Shown: positions 16,838-24,946, numbered from the stretch's first letter. The stretch is 32,000 nt of DNA from Desulfocapsa sulfexigens DSM 10523 (GCF_000341395.1 NC_020304.1:480001-512000); one strand, 5' to 3'. Made by a program: numbers and translations. Notes: generated by a model from the sequence alone, not told the origin.

Positions 16838-17535
16838 ATTGAGAGTATCCCCTCAAGCTGCTCCCCGGTTACTGCAGAATGTCCAACGAGTGTTATGTCC
16901 ACACCAATTATCCGTTTATTATTCATATCTTGATCTCGTTCTCCATAAATCCCACAGGCAAACACCCTACCCGATAATTGCACGTTTGCCACCTACCAGA
17001 ACGGGTAGGTTTTATGCTTTTTCTGCCTTTTTTTATAAGAAAATCAGATTATGCTTAACAGCCAGAGCTAGAGCATGGGAAGGACTGTAAACACCAATTC
17101 TTTTCATCATTAAAATCCAGGTAAACTTCCGAATACGCAATACTATTCTCCCTGAATCCCACCAATGCTGAAGCAATAATCTTTACCGACTCTTCATATT
17201 CACAACCACTTATCAGTTGCCACAGCAACACGATTACAAAAAAATGAGACAGATCTTTTCAAAAACTTTTAAAATCTCCTGAACCCCTCAAAATCATTTA
17301 TAGGGACAGGATATTTTAAAAGAAGAGAAAATATCAACACCATCAATGCGAAAGGTAATATACAAGTTATCTCGCAATTTACTATCCGTAAATATACCTA
17401 TTTTTCAATATAAACAGAAACTAATCCATACTGGTTGAAATGTATCATTGCAATCATTATTGGCTCAAAATCAACTCTAACTAATATAAAGGCAAATTGT
17501 TTATTGCGGCAGGCTGAAAGCACAGGCTAAGCGGA

Positions 17536-17712
17536 CCTTCAACATCAGAATCATTGGCCAACAGCTCCGTAACTGTCGTTGTAACAGAAGTGTCCTCATC
17601 GGTGGTCAGGATGTCAGATCCAAAAACTGTCGCATTATCCACGGATAAAATATCTATCTGCAGGGTACCGGTGACGCTTCCGCCATTACCATCGCTTGCG
17701 CTGTAATTAAGG
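17536..17712 (-). pseudogene. Relic fragment of toxin cadherin-like repeats 6/7 (copy A)
   Basis: About 90% identical by eye to 8582..8758 of the main gene. It translates as LNYSASDGNGGSVTGTLQIDILSVDNATVFGSDILTTDEDTSVTTTVTELLANDSDVEGPL. There is an in-frame TAG upstream and no start codon. Homology is lost on both sides. Confidence 0.85.
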
Positions 17713-17720
17713 CAGCGACA

Positions 17721-17882
17721 GGGGTCTCCTTTTGACCTTTCTCTTCGATCGAGTAGCGAAAGCTAAGGGCAACCATTTAGTTTGCCAACTAATTTCCAAT
17801 GTAGCCAAGAGAAAAAAATAACTAAAGAACAGAGATTTCAGTTTGATTTAATACCACAAAGGTCAAAGGGAGATTTGACCCC
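17721..17882. repeat. 162-bp element bounded by imperfect terminal inverted repeats, ending in a terminator-like hairpin (copy A)
   Basis: The left end is GGGGTCTCCTTTTGACCTTT. The right end is AAAGGTCAAAGGGAGATTTGACCCC, whose reverse complement is GGGGTCAAATCTCCCTTTGACCTTT. The right end also folds on itself (GGTCAAA/TTTGACC) and is followed by CCTTTTT on the plus strand. Confidence 0.6.
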
Positions 17883-17889
17883 TTTTTCA

Positions 17890-20457
17890 TTAGAAACCGG
17901 ATACACCGCTCTGATCTGCAAAGGGATCGAAGGTGCTGCCAAGGCCGGGGATCTGCGAAGAGAGGATCGCCTGCAGGTCTGCCTCATCAGTGATTGGGGG
18001 AATACTGTTACTGTCCGTGGACTGCGCACCTTGCTGTTCATAGGGGCCATTCCCGTTTGTCAGGTAACGTTCAAGGGCAGCAGCATCCAGAGGTTTTACA
18101 TAGTCTGGATTGGTTTCCGGGTGTTCTATCTGTCCATAAAAGGCAGAGGCACAGGCCTGATCCACATCAAGGCCCAGTCCCATGGCCAGCAGCAGCCCTG
18201 AAGCCCCTGCAAAGTTATGTTGCAGACTGACGGCAGAAAGGAGCTTTCCGACGGTTTGTGAGGGGCGTTGCTCCGGGGTCAGGGGCAGGGATTTGATATC
18301 CTTATCACCGGCGACAAAGTGCTGCCCCTGGGGGCCGTTGGCGTTGCCGCCTCCTGTGAATACTCCGTTGCCGTAAGTGAATCCTATGCGAGGAGTCCAG
18401 GATTCCCCGTAGGTATAGGTCATGCCCCGTTTGCTAAAGCCCATGGCAGCTAGTGCTGCATCCACTTTAGCAAAATTTATATTCCCGTTGCTGTCTCTTG
18501 CAGTTTTAATAGCATCATCAACTCTGTCGCCACGGTCTCTTGCGTAGAGGGCACCGCGCATATCCAACCCTAAGCGTGATCTGTCAGCTACACTGATCAC
18601 TACTTTACCGCCATACTCAGAGGTGTATTTAATCTCCGGGTCTTTTCCTGCTTCCATGCGCAGGGATGGTAGACTACCATCGATGGTAACCCTGCCTCCT
18701 AGCTTTTTATAATTCTGGATGATGGCAACGAGAGGGGAAGCTGCTGCTTGCACGCTGTCCTTCATATCCGAATCGCCATGGACATCCATGATTACGTTGC
18801 CGTTTTCATCGAGGGCGAAGTCGGCTGTGGCTGAGGGGGGATCATCTCCCCCTGCTACAAGATTGACGATCTGGATTGCGGCAGCTACTGCCCAGCCATA
18901 TACGGGAATACAGAGTGCAGCAGTTGTTAATGCAGTAACAGCAGCACCTCTTACATCGCCCATAGCTAGCTGTGTACCTATGGCAATAATAGATATTATG
19001 GGGATGTTGCTGGCAATGGCATTAGTGCTGCCCACAATTGCATTGTAGACACCAATGGCATTGTTGACGGTACTGGCAGTGGTGTAGGCAATATTCAGGG
19101 CATCACCCGATTCCAGTACATCATCAAAGGAGGCTATATTAGCGGCAAGGCCAATGGCTGAGCCAACTCCAGCAAGAGTTTCACCGCCTACGCCGATACC
19201 TCCCTCAACATAGTTATCTACCCCTTGTAACAGTGAGGTTGTGGAACTGGCTATCCCCCAGCCATCCCCGTCTTCAATAGCCTCAGCTAAAGCAAGACCG
19301 GAGGAGGCGATAGTAAGTGCGGTGGCTCCTGATCCAACTCCTTCAACGTCAAAAAAACCGCCGCCGTTTGCATCCAGATACCCTTCTATATCACGCAGAA
19401 GATCAATACTGTTTCCGGCAATCTCCCAACCATCACCATCATCTATGGCCTGGCCGAGGCCGATACCGTGTTCGATGCCGTTGAGTATTGCTTCTCCAGA
19501 TTGTTCCAGGAATCCGTCTTCAGTCGCAGGGTTGTTATCATTCAAGAAAACATCGTTACGATTATCTAAACTGGAGAGATAGCCAGCACCTTCACGAGCG
19601 ATGTCCAAGCCATCACCAGAATTGATTGCATCACGAAGAGCTATTTGAGAACTCATCAGATCCAGTTCGGCTTCTCGTTCTACGGCTGCTTGCTGTATAA
19701 TTGCCCTCATTTCTTCTTGGCTTACATTGAAGGCTGAAGAAACAAACTCATTCTGCTGTTCACTGTCCCATGATGCAAATTCTTTGGCTGATATTTCTCC
19801 TAGTTCCGGGTAGCGTGACAACATCTCATTATACAATTCTTCAGAGCTATGAGCGGTTAAGAGACGAAGCAAAGAAACACTGCTGTCTATGATAACGCTT
19901 CCCCCAAGGTGTTCACCACCTGAATGATGGACTAGATCTGAGTCTCCATTGATATTATAGAAATCAGGATCCTGTTCGTCTGCCTCCCCGATACCTGGTA
20001 CGTTGAATGCGCCTCCAGTTATTGAAACAGAATTACTATATTTTTCTTTTAGAAAAGTTGTTACCACCTGTGCAAGATGACCACCCAGTGAATGTCCGGT
20101 TACATGTAATGTATCTATCCCTTCGGATTTAATTATCAGGTCAGCAAGCTCCTTTGCACTACCTTGTTGCGGAGGCTTTCCACCCAACCACAAGAGTGCA
20201 TCATCATCCAGGTCATCGATACCGTTGGTACCTGTATATGCGATTACAACTTCACCTTCCGGTGATCTGAATACCTGTGCTTCAAAGCCGTTGGTTGGTG
20301 GTTCAATATTATCGTTTTTGAAGAATTCACTACTGTGCCCAAGGTGTTCCCAACCATCTGATGACATTTCCTGCCAGAGTTTGGACTCGGCCAGTTTATC
20401 TGTACTTTCGTAGCTTAAAATGCTTAAAGCCAGATCATTTTTTATTGTAATAGCCAT
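17890..20457 (-). CDS. Class-3 lipase (alpha/beta hydrolase) head fused to the shared toxin core; lacks repeats and the C-terminal export region
   Basis: 855 aa. Lipase signature: FEAQVFRSPEGEVVIAYTGTNG...LHVTGHSLGGHLAQ. From about LMSSQIALRDAINSGDG to the C-terminus it is homologous to residues ~650-1255 of ORF 8700..14366. The stop falls exactly where that homology ends (SGVSGF*). Confidence 0.85.
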   Translation of the reverse strand: MAITIKNDLALSILSYESTDKLAESKLWQEMSSDGWEHLGHSSEFFKNDNIEPPTNGFEAQVFRSPEGEVVIAYTGTNGIDDLDDDALLWLGGKPPQQGSAKELADLIIKSEGIDTLHVTGHSLGGHLAQVVTTFLKEKYSNSVSITGGAFNVPGIGEADEQDPDFYNINGDSDLVHHSGGEHLGGSVIIDSSVSLLRLLTAHSSEELYNEMLSRYPELGEISAKEFASWDSEQQNEFVSSAFNVSQEEMRAIIQQAAVEREAELDLMSSQIALRDAINSGDGLDIAREGAGYLSSLDNRNDVFLNDNNPATEDGFLEQSGEAILNGIEHGIGLGQAIDDGDGWEIAGNSIDLLRDIEGYLDANGGGFFDVEGVGSGATALTIASSGLALAEAIEDGDGWGIASSTTSLLQGVDNYVEGGIGVGGETLAGVGSAIGLAANIASFDDVLESGDALNIAYTTASTVNNAIGVYNAIVGSTNAIASNIPIISIIAIGTQLAMGDVRGAAVTALTTAALCIPVYGWAVAAAIQIVNLVAGGDDPPSATADFALDENGNVIMDVHGDSDMKDSVQAAASPLVAIIQNYKKLGGRVTIDGSLPSLRMEAGKDPEIKYTSEYGGKVVISVADRSRLGLDMRGALYARDRGDRVDDAIKTARDSNGNINFAKVDAALAAMGFSKRGMTYTYGESWTPRIGFTYGNGVFTGGGNANGPQGQHFVAGDKDIKSLPLTPEQRPSQTVGKLLSAVSLQHNFAGASGLLLAMGLGLDVDQACASAFYGQIEHPETNPDYVKPLDAAALERYLTNGNGPYEQQGAQSTDSNSIPPITDEADLQAILSSQIPGLGSTFDPFADQSGVSGF
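17892..19665 (-). repeat. Shared toxin core, copy 2 (direct repeat of 10592..12410)
   Basis: See copy 1. Perfect-identity blocks lie at 18179..18357 and 18524..18671. Confidence 0.9.
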
Positions 20458-20471
20458 AAGTTATTACCTGT

Positions 20472-21641
20472 TCAACGCAAGTCATGTACTTCCATTATCC
20501 AAATTTCATCTTTATGATTATATGCAATCTGATTTTTATTAACTGGATTTTGCAGACCGTCAAAAGCCCATCCTTTAGGAAACTTGTAACGATCTATCCG
20601 TTTGCCATCTTTTCTATCCCAGATGTCCAGTGTGCGTTTGTTTGTTAATGCAATGACATATTGTTCATTATCGAGAAAACCCAGCATTATTGGAGAGGTA
20701 TCCATCGGACCGATGGTTTCAACTATTTCATGCGTTTCAACATCAAAAAGTTTCATCGATTGGTGGTATATTCTATAACTGACATCCTTGTCCGTCGCAT
20801 TGGATCCATACAAAAAATAACTGCTATCTGAGGTCCAGGCAAAGGATGCCGGCGGGCCAAAGGCAACGTCTTTTAATTGTTTTTTTAATACAATTTCAGG
20901 ATATTGCCATATTCGAAGATATGAGTGCACATCACCTTTTTTACCCCTGACTCCTATTTTCCCGAAATCCATCCAGGCATCAACCATATATTTCCCATCT
21001 GGGCTAATGGATACTTTTTCGGGATTTTCATAAGCCTCTAAGTACCCACTTTGTTTCATGTCGGGGACAGTATAAAAATAAATTTTTGGTTCTTTATTAC
21101 CCCTCAATGAAAGAAAATGCCAAGAATACAAACGATTATCAGGAGTTGCGTACAGTCGGTTTCCAGTAGGAAAAAGAGGCATTTCATCTGAATAAAGCGA
21201 ATAATTATTCCCAACATCCCAAACTCGAAGCTTATGCTGCCCCTTCACAACTTGAGATTGACCAATTAGATATTTACCATCTGTTGAGTAGGCTAGATAC
21301 GACGAGAAAAGCTTATAATCTTTGACTAGGGTTTTGATCAATTGATGTTTTTTGATATCAAAAACAAACACCTTATCATGTACCTCAGATGTACAGGCAA
21401 GAAACCTGCCTGAAGGGTGAATAGTCATATCATCACAAGAATGGCCAGTTTCGCATTTCATAACCGCCATTCTACGTATATGTTTTGTGTCCATATTGCT
21501 TATCCCTCCACTACAACCACTAAGTACAACAAGCGCTGCAAAAAAATACATCGAAACAAGAGTTAGCTTAAAGCTACACTTCCCGTACGACAAGACTGAC
21601 CCTACGAGTATCTTATGCCCCATGATCCGATTATTGTTCAT
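20472..21641 (-). CDS. WD40/PD40-like beta-propeller lipoprotein
   Basis: The ORF track gives 20472..21707 with a GTG start. I prefer the ATG at 21641 (MNNNRIMGHK...), which is conserved in leader copy A. Lipobox LVVLSGC. Propeller-type motifs: HPSGRFLACTS, STDGKYLIGQS, ISPDGKYMVDAW. Its stop lies 14 nt upstream of the lipase ORF ATG. There is no obvious sequence similarity to the 387-aa propeller. Confidence 0.75.
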   Translation of the reverse strand: MNNNRIMGHKILVGSVLSYGKCSFKLTLVSMYFFAALVVLSGCSGGISNMDTKHIRRMAVMKCETGHSCDDMTIHPSGRFLACTSEVHDKVFVFDIKKHQLIKTLVKDYKLFSSYLAYSTDGKYLIGQSQVVKGQHKLRVWDVGNNYSLYSDEMPLFPTGNRLYATPDNRLYSWHFLSLRGNKEPKIYFYTVPDMKQSGYLEAYENPEKVSISPDGKYMVDAWMDFGKIGVRGKKGDVHSYLRIWQYPEIVLKKQLKDVAFGPPASFAWTSDSSYFLYGSNATDKDVSYRIYHQSMKLFDVETHEIVETIGPMDTSPIMLGFLDNEQYVIALTNKRTLDIWDRKDGKRIDRYKFPKGWAFDGLQNPVNKNQIAYNHKDEIWIMEVHDLR

Positions 21642-22248
21642 ATCTTGATCTCGTTCTCCATAAATTCCACAGGCAAACACCCTACCCGATAATTGCACGT
21701 TTGCCACCTACCCGAACGGGTAGGTTTTATGCTTTTTCTGCCTTTTTTTATAAGAAAATCAGATTCTGCTTAACAGCCGGGCTAGAGCATGGGAAGGACT
21801 GCGAACACCAATTTTTTTCATCACTAAATTCAGGCACAGTTCCGAAAACACAACACTATCCCCCTGAGTTCCACCAATGCTGGAACAATAATCTTGATCG
21901 GCTGTTCATTTTCACAAACACTCATCAGTTGCCACAGCAACAAAAGTAACAAAAAAATGAGACAGATCTTTTCAAAAACTTTTAAAATCTCCTGAACCGC
22001 TCAAAATCATTTATAGGGACAGGATATTTTAAAAGAAGAGAAAAGAACAACACCATCAATGCGAAAGGGAATATACAAGTTATCTCGCAATTTACTATCC
22101 GTAAATATACCTATTTTTCAATATAAACAGAAACTAATCCATCTTGGTTAAAATGTGTCATTGCAATCATTATTGGCTCAAAATCAACTCTAACTAATAT
22201 AAAGGCAAATTGTTTATTGCGGCAGGCTGAAAGCACAGGCTAAGCGGA

Positions 22249-22425
22249 CCTTCAACATCAGAATCGTTGGCCAACAAGGCAGTAACCGTCGTTGTAACAG
22301 AAGTGTCCTCATCGGTGGTCAGGATGTCAGCTCCAAAAACTGTCGCATTATCCACGGATAAAATATCTATCTGCAGGGTACCGGTGACGCTTCCGCCATT
22401 ACCATCGCTTGCGCTGTAATTAAGG
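22249..22425 (-). pseudogene. Relic fragment of toxin cadherin-like repeats 6/7 (copy B)
   Basis: Homologous to 8582..8758 and 17536..17712, with the same break points. Confidence 0.85.
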
Positions 22426-22433
22426 CAGCGACA

Positions 22434-22606
22434 GGGGTCTCCTTTTAACCTTTCTCTTCGATCGAGTAGCGAAAGCTAAGGGCAACCATTTAGTTTGCCA
22501 ACTAATTTCCAATGTAGCCAAGAGAAAAAAATAACTAAAGAACAGAGATTTCAGTTTGATTTAATACCACAAATTCGCCACAAAGGTCAAAGGGAGATTT
22601 GACCCC
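22434..22606. repeat. Inverted-repeat-bounded element, copy B (173 bp)
   Basis: Same sequence as 17721..17882. The left arm has one change (CCTTTTAACC). Here it lies 72 nt downstream of the DUF2156 gene stop. Confidence 0.6.
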
Positions 22607-22678
22607 TTTTTCGCCTAACGGAAAGCGCCTGCTCTTGCAGTATTTTGACGCGCACTTAGACTACCGCGATAATATTGG

Positions 22679-23557
22679 TCATTCGATGCTCGAACCAGAC
22701 AAGGAAATCCGCACCTTTTCGACCAGATGATGCGGATAGTAACTTTCTTTTGCCCGGCGCAGACCAGGAATTCCGAGATCCTGCTCCCGGTTGACATAGG
22801 TAAAACCGCTGAGGTTGTTTTTGGCAAACCACTGATTTATCAACTGGCCCAGGCCTTGAAACTGGGGCATAGCCTTCTCAAAATGGCAGACCACGGTCGA
22901 GGGGTTAAGCGCCTCACCCACGGTAAAAGCCTCAACAATTCCCTTGATACGAATGGCGCCACCAGTAAGACCAAATTCCTGATAGTGGTACAGAGTTTCT
23001 GCTATGGCCTGATATTCACCGCATAGCCCTGGTTCAGCTTTGCAATTCCGGGCGGCGCACCATCGATCCTGCATGGCCATACACTCGGTAACTAATTCCG
23101 AGGTGATGATCTCATATTGGCAACTGTATGCGGCCAGGCACTTGTTGATGTGATTTCTTTTTTTCGTGAATTTTCTACCGGCAAGGGTGGCAAGCTCTTC
23201 CCGAAGATAGACATAGTCGCTGTTATCCCGGTCCTCGGCAACCGTGACGCCAGGAAGCAGGGGGATATCCGCTATCATGTCCTTAGGGATACGCTCAGCT
23301 CCACTTATCTGACTGCCATACTCACGGAAAACCTCAGTCAGGGATACCGATCCGACGGGGGGGCCCAGAACCACCAGCCCCATCTTAGTCTCAGCAAAAA
23401 CAATGAGCGAGTCGCTGATAACATCTACCCAGATCGGACGGGTATTATGCCAGGAATAGAGATTGGTGAAGGTCAGCTCCGAAGTTTCAGGTGGAAAACG
23501 CCGGAGATATTCGGTAACAAAGAGCCGGTCATCAAGGGAGAGCAGGTGCAGGGTCAT
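22679..23557 (-). CDS. DUF2156 domain protein (MprF/LysX C-terminal lysyl-transferase-like fold)
   Basis: 292 aa. Motifs I associate with DUF2156 proteins: FPPETSELTFTNLYSWHNTRPIW, DNSDYVYLREELATLAGRKFTKKRNHINK and the C-terminal YVNREQDLGIPGLRRAKESY. Confidence 0.75.
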   Translation of the reverse strand: MTLHLLSLDDRLFVTEYLRRFPPETSELTFTNLYSWHNTRPIWVDVISDSLIVFAETKMGLVVLGPPVGSVSLTEVFREYGSQISGAERIPKDMIADIPLLPGVTVAEDRDNSDYVYLREELATLAGRKFTKKRNHINKCLAAYSCQYEIITSELVTECMAMQDRWCAARNCKAEPGLCGEYQAIAETLYHYQEFGLTGGAIRIKGIVEAFTVGEALNPSTVVCHFEKAMPQFQGLGQLINQWFAKNNLSGFTYVNREQDLGIPGLRRAKESYYPHHLVEKVRISLSGSSIE

Positions 23558-23940
23558 GAGATTCCTTTGAAGATAGGGACAATATCACTCTGAGGGCATC
23601 GAGAATTTCTATAGCTATCTTTCTTTGCCAATGATCTTGTGGAAATCAATCGCTAATTCCAGTTAACCCGGCCAGACACTCCAACCGCAGTGAAGAACCC
23701 ACATTTGAGAACAACATATAAGAATTATGTACATAGCAGCAACCTGCAGTCAATAATTTTCCCATATAAGGGGCATATTATTGACTGCAACCACCTCAAG
23801 AAAAATCGAAGTTTTAAAGGTTCATCCGACTAAAGCGTACTTTTCCGTAATACAGCCCACCCTATGGGTGAATTGTAACTCAGGGGACATCTGTGATAAG
23901 TAAAACTAAGGGAAAAACTGTATTGTGTTACCGGAATTTC

Positions 23941-24000
23941 TCTTATCAGTTGCCACAGCAATAAAAGTAACTTGTTTGTTGCAGCAGGATAAATAAATTC
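23941..24000. repeat. Short copy (D) of the leader ends, lacking the ~265-bp AT-rich interior
   Basis: cttatcagTTGCCACAGCAAtaaaagtaac is joined directly to ttgtttgttgcagcagg. These two segments flank the AT-rich interior in copies A, B and C. Confidence 0.6.
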
Positions 24001-24027
24001 CTTGGGGGGGGCTTGCGCTGCCCCCCC
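23985..24027 (-). terminator. Probable intrinsic terminator after gene 24133..24789
   Basis: G8/C7 hairpin (GGGGGGGGCttgcgctGCCCCCCC, 24004..24027). On the minus strand it is followed by AAGGAATTTATTTAT, an imperfect T tract. Confidence 0.45.
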
Positions 24028-24132
24028 ACACGTGAATGGCATTGTGTTTGAATGTTTAAGCAGAAAGAGTGAAAGGCAAAGAGGAAGAATCAACAATTAA
24101 CCACACTTCCTATCCGGCAAACCTTACCTATC

Positions 24133-24789
24133 TTATATTTTACATTTTCCACTTGACCAGTTTGTTCCATTGTTTCCATCCGGTACAAAGCAGAATGTCA
24201 TAGTTATTGTTTCATTACAGGATTTAACAATCCATTGTTCTTCCCACATTCCAGGATGTTCTTTGCCAGCACTGTCTGTTATGTCTGGCCCTTTTGTCAC
24301 TTTGGTGTCTAATACTTTTATTGTTTTGCACGACTCATCTTTCCTCTTTATAGCCACCATCCCTGCGACCCCGCCTACAAATAAGTCACGAATTAATAGC
24401 GGTGAACAATAGGTAGTTCCCGGTACCAACATTCCCATTTGTGGTTCTTTCCCGTTTTTAGCTACCACTATGGCATTATATATTTTGCTTTTATTACATC
24501 TCTTAAATTCATACCTAAATGTCCACACACCTCCAACAGGATAAACATCTTCATTATTAAATGTTAAAGGAGTGAGAATCGCATGTGAGATAGGGTTCAC
24601 ATAATACTTACTATTACAATCCCTTTGGATATTTAACTCCCTATCCCAATACACTCCGAGATCATACAATTGTTTGTAAAAGCCCTGTGAGGTCATATAG
24701 GACTCGGCCTTAGCCAAGGAAGGGTTGGCATGGACGTTTGAACTACTAGAAAAAATAGCAATGATGATCAATAATTGATTTACCCTCAT
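24133..24789 (-). CDS. Hypothetical secreted Cys-rich protein
   Basis: 218 aa. Signal peptide MRVNQLLIIIAIFSSSSNVHA with an A-x-A-like cleavage site. The mature part has 8 Cys. I do not recognise a family. Confidence 0.65.
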   Translation of the reverse strand: MRVNQLLIIIAIFSSSSNVHANPSLAKAESYMTSQGFYKQLYDLGVYWDRELNIQRDCNSKYYVNPISHAILTPLTFNNEDVYPVGGVWTFRYEFKRCNKSKIYNAIVVAKNGKEPQMGMLVPGTTYCSPLLIRDLFVGGVAGMVAIKRKDESCKTIKVLDTKVTKGPDITDSAGKEHPGMWEEQWIVKSCNETITMTFCFVPDGNNGTNWSSGKCKI

Positions 24790-24946
24790 ACACTCTCACA
24801 CTGAAAAATTAAAATACCCTCGATGTTTACCCAAAAAGGGCAGCGAACAATACATTCAAGATGGCCCTGTGATCTATCCCTGTGACTTGTCACAAGACTA
24901 ACGACCTAAAAGGATGACACATGCAGATACCTGGCTTCAGAGCCCA

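Larger units (their letters stand above)
16912..17888. repeat. ~1-kb leader repeat, copy A (direct repeat of 21627..22612)
   Basis: Aligned by eye with copy B at well over 90% identity. It runs from the conserved ATG (MNNKR/MNNNR) of the downstream lipoprotein gene to the hairpin 2 nt past the stop of ORF 17890..20457. Confidence 0.9.
21627..22612. repeat. ~1-kb leader repeat, copy B
   Basis: Direct repeat of 16912..17888 and carries the same internal parts. It has an 11-bp internal duplication (ccacaaattcgccacaaa) near its right end. Confidence 0.9.

Noticed and set aside
16839-17090. Plus-strand ORFs in the leader repeats (16839..17090 and 21701..21949) that share the peptide PPTRTGRFYAFSAFFYKKIR.
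   Set aside because: The shared peptide reflects the duplicated DNA. There is no Shine-Dalgarno, the ORFs run across hairpin and T-tract sequence, and the frames diverge outside the repeat.
17236-17496. The ~265-bp AT-rich interior of the leader (absent from copy D) as a MITE insertion.
   Set aside because: I found no terminal inverted repeats or target-site duplication at its borders. A deletion in copy D explains the pattern equally well.
23830-24096. An 88-aa minus-strand ORF between the DUF2156 gene and the lipoprotein operon.
   Set aside because: It spans leader copy D and the G8/C7 terminator hairpin (it translates the poly-G/C as GGAAQAPP). It has no Shine-Dalgarno.
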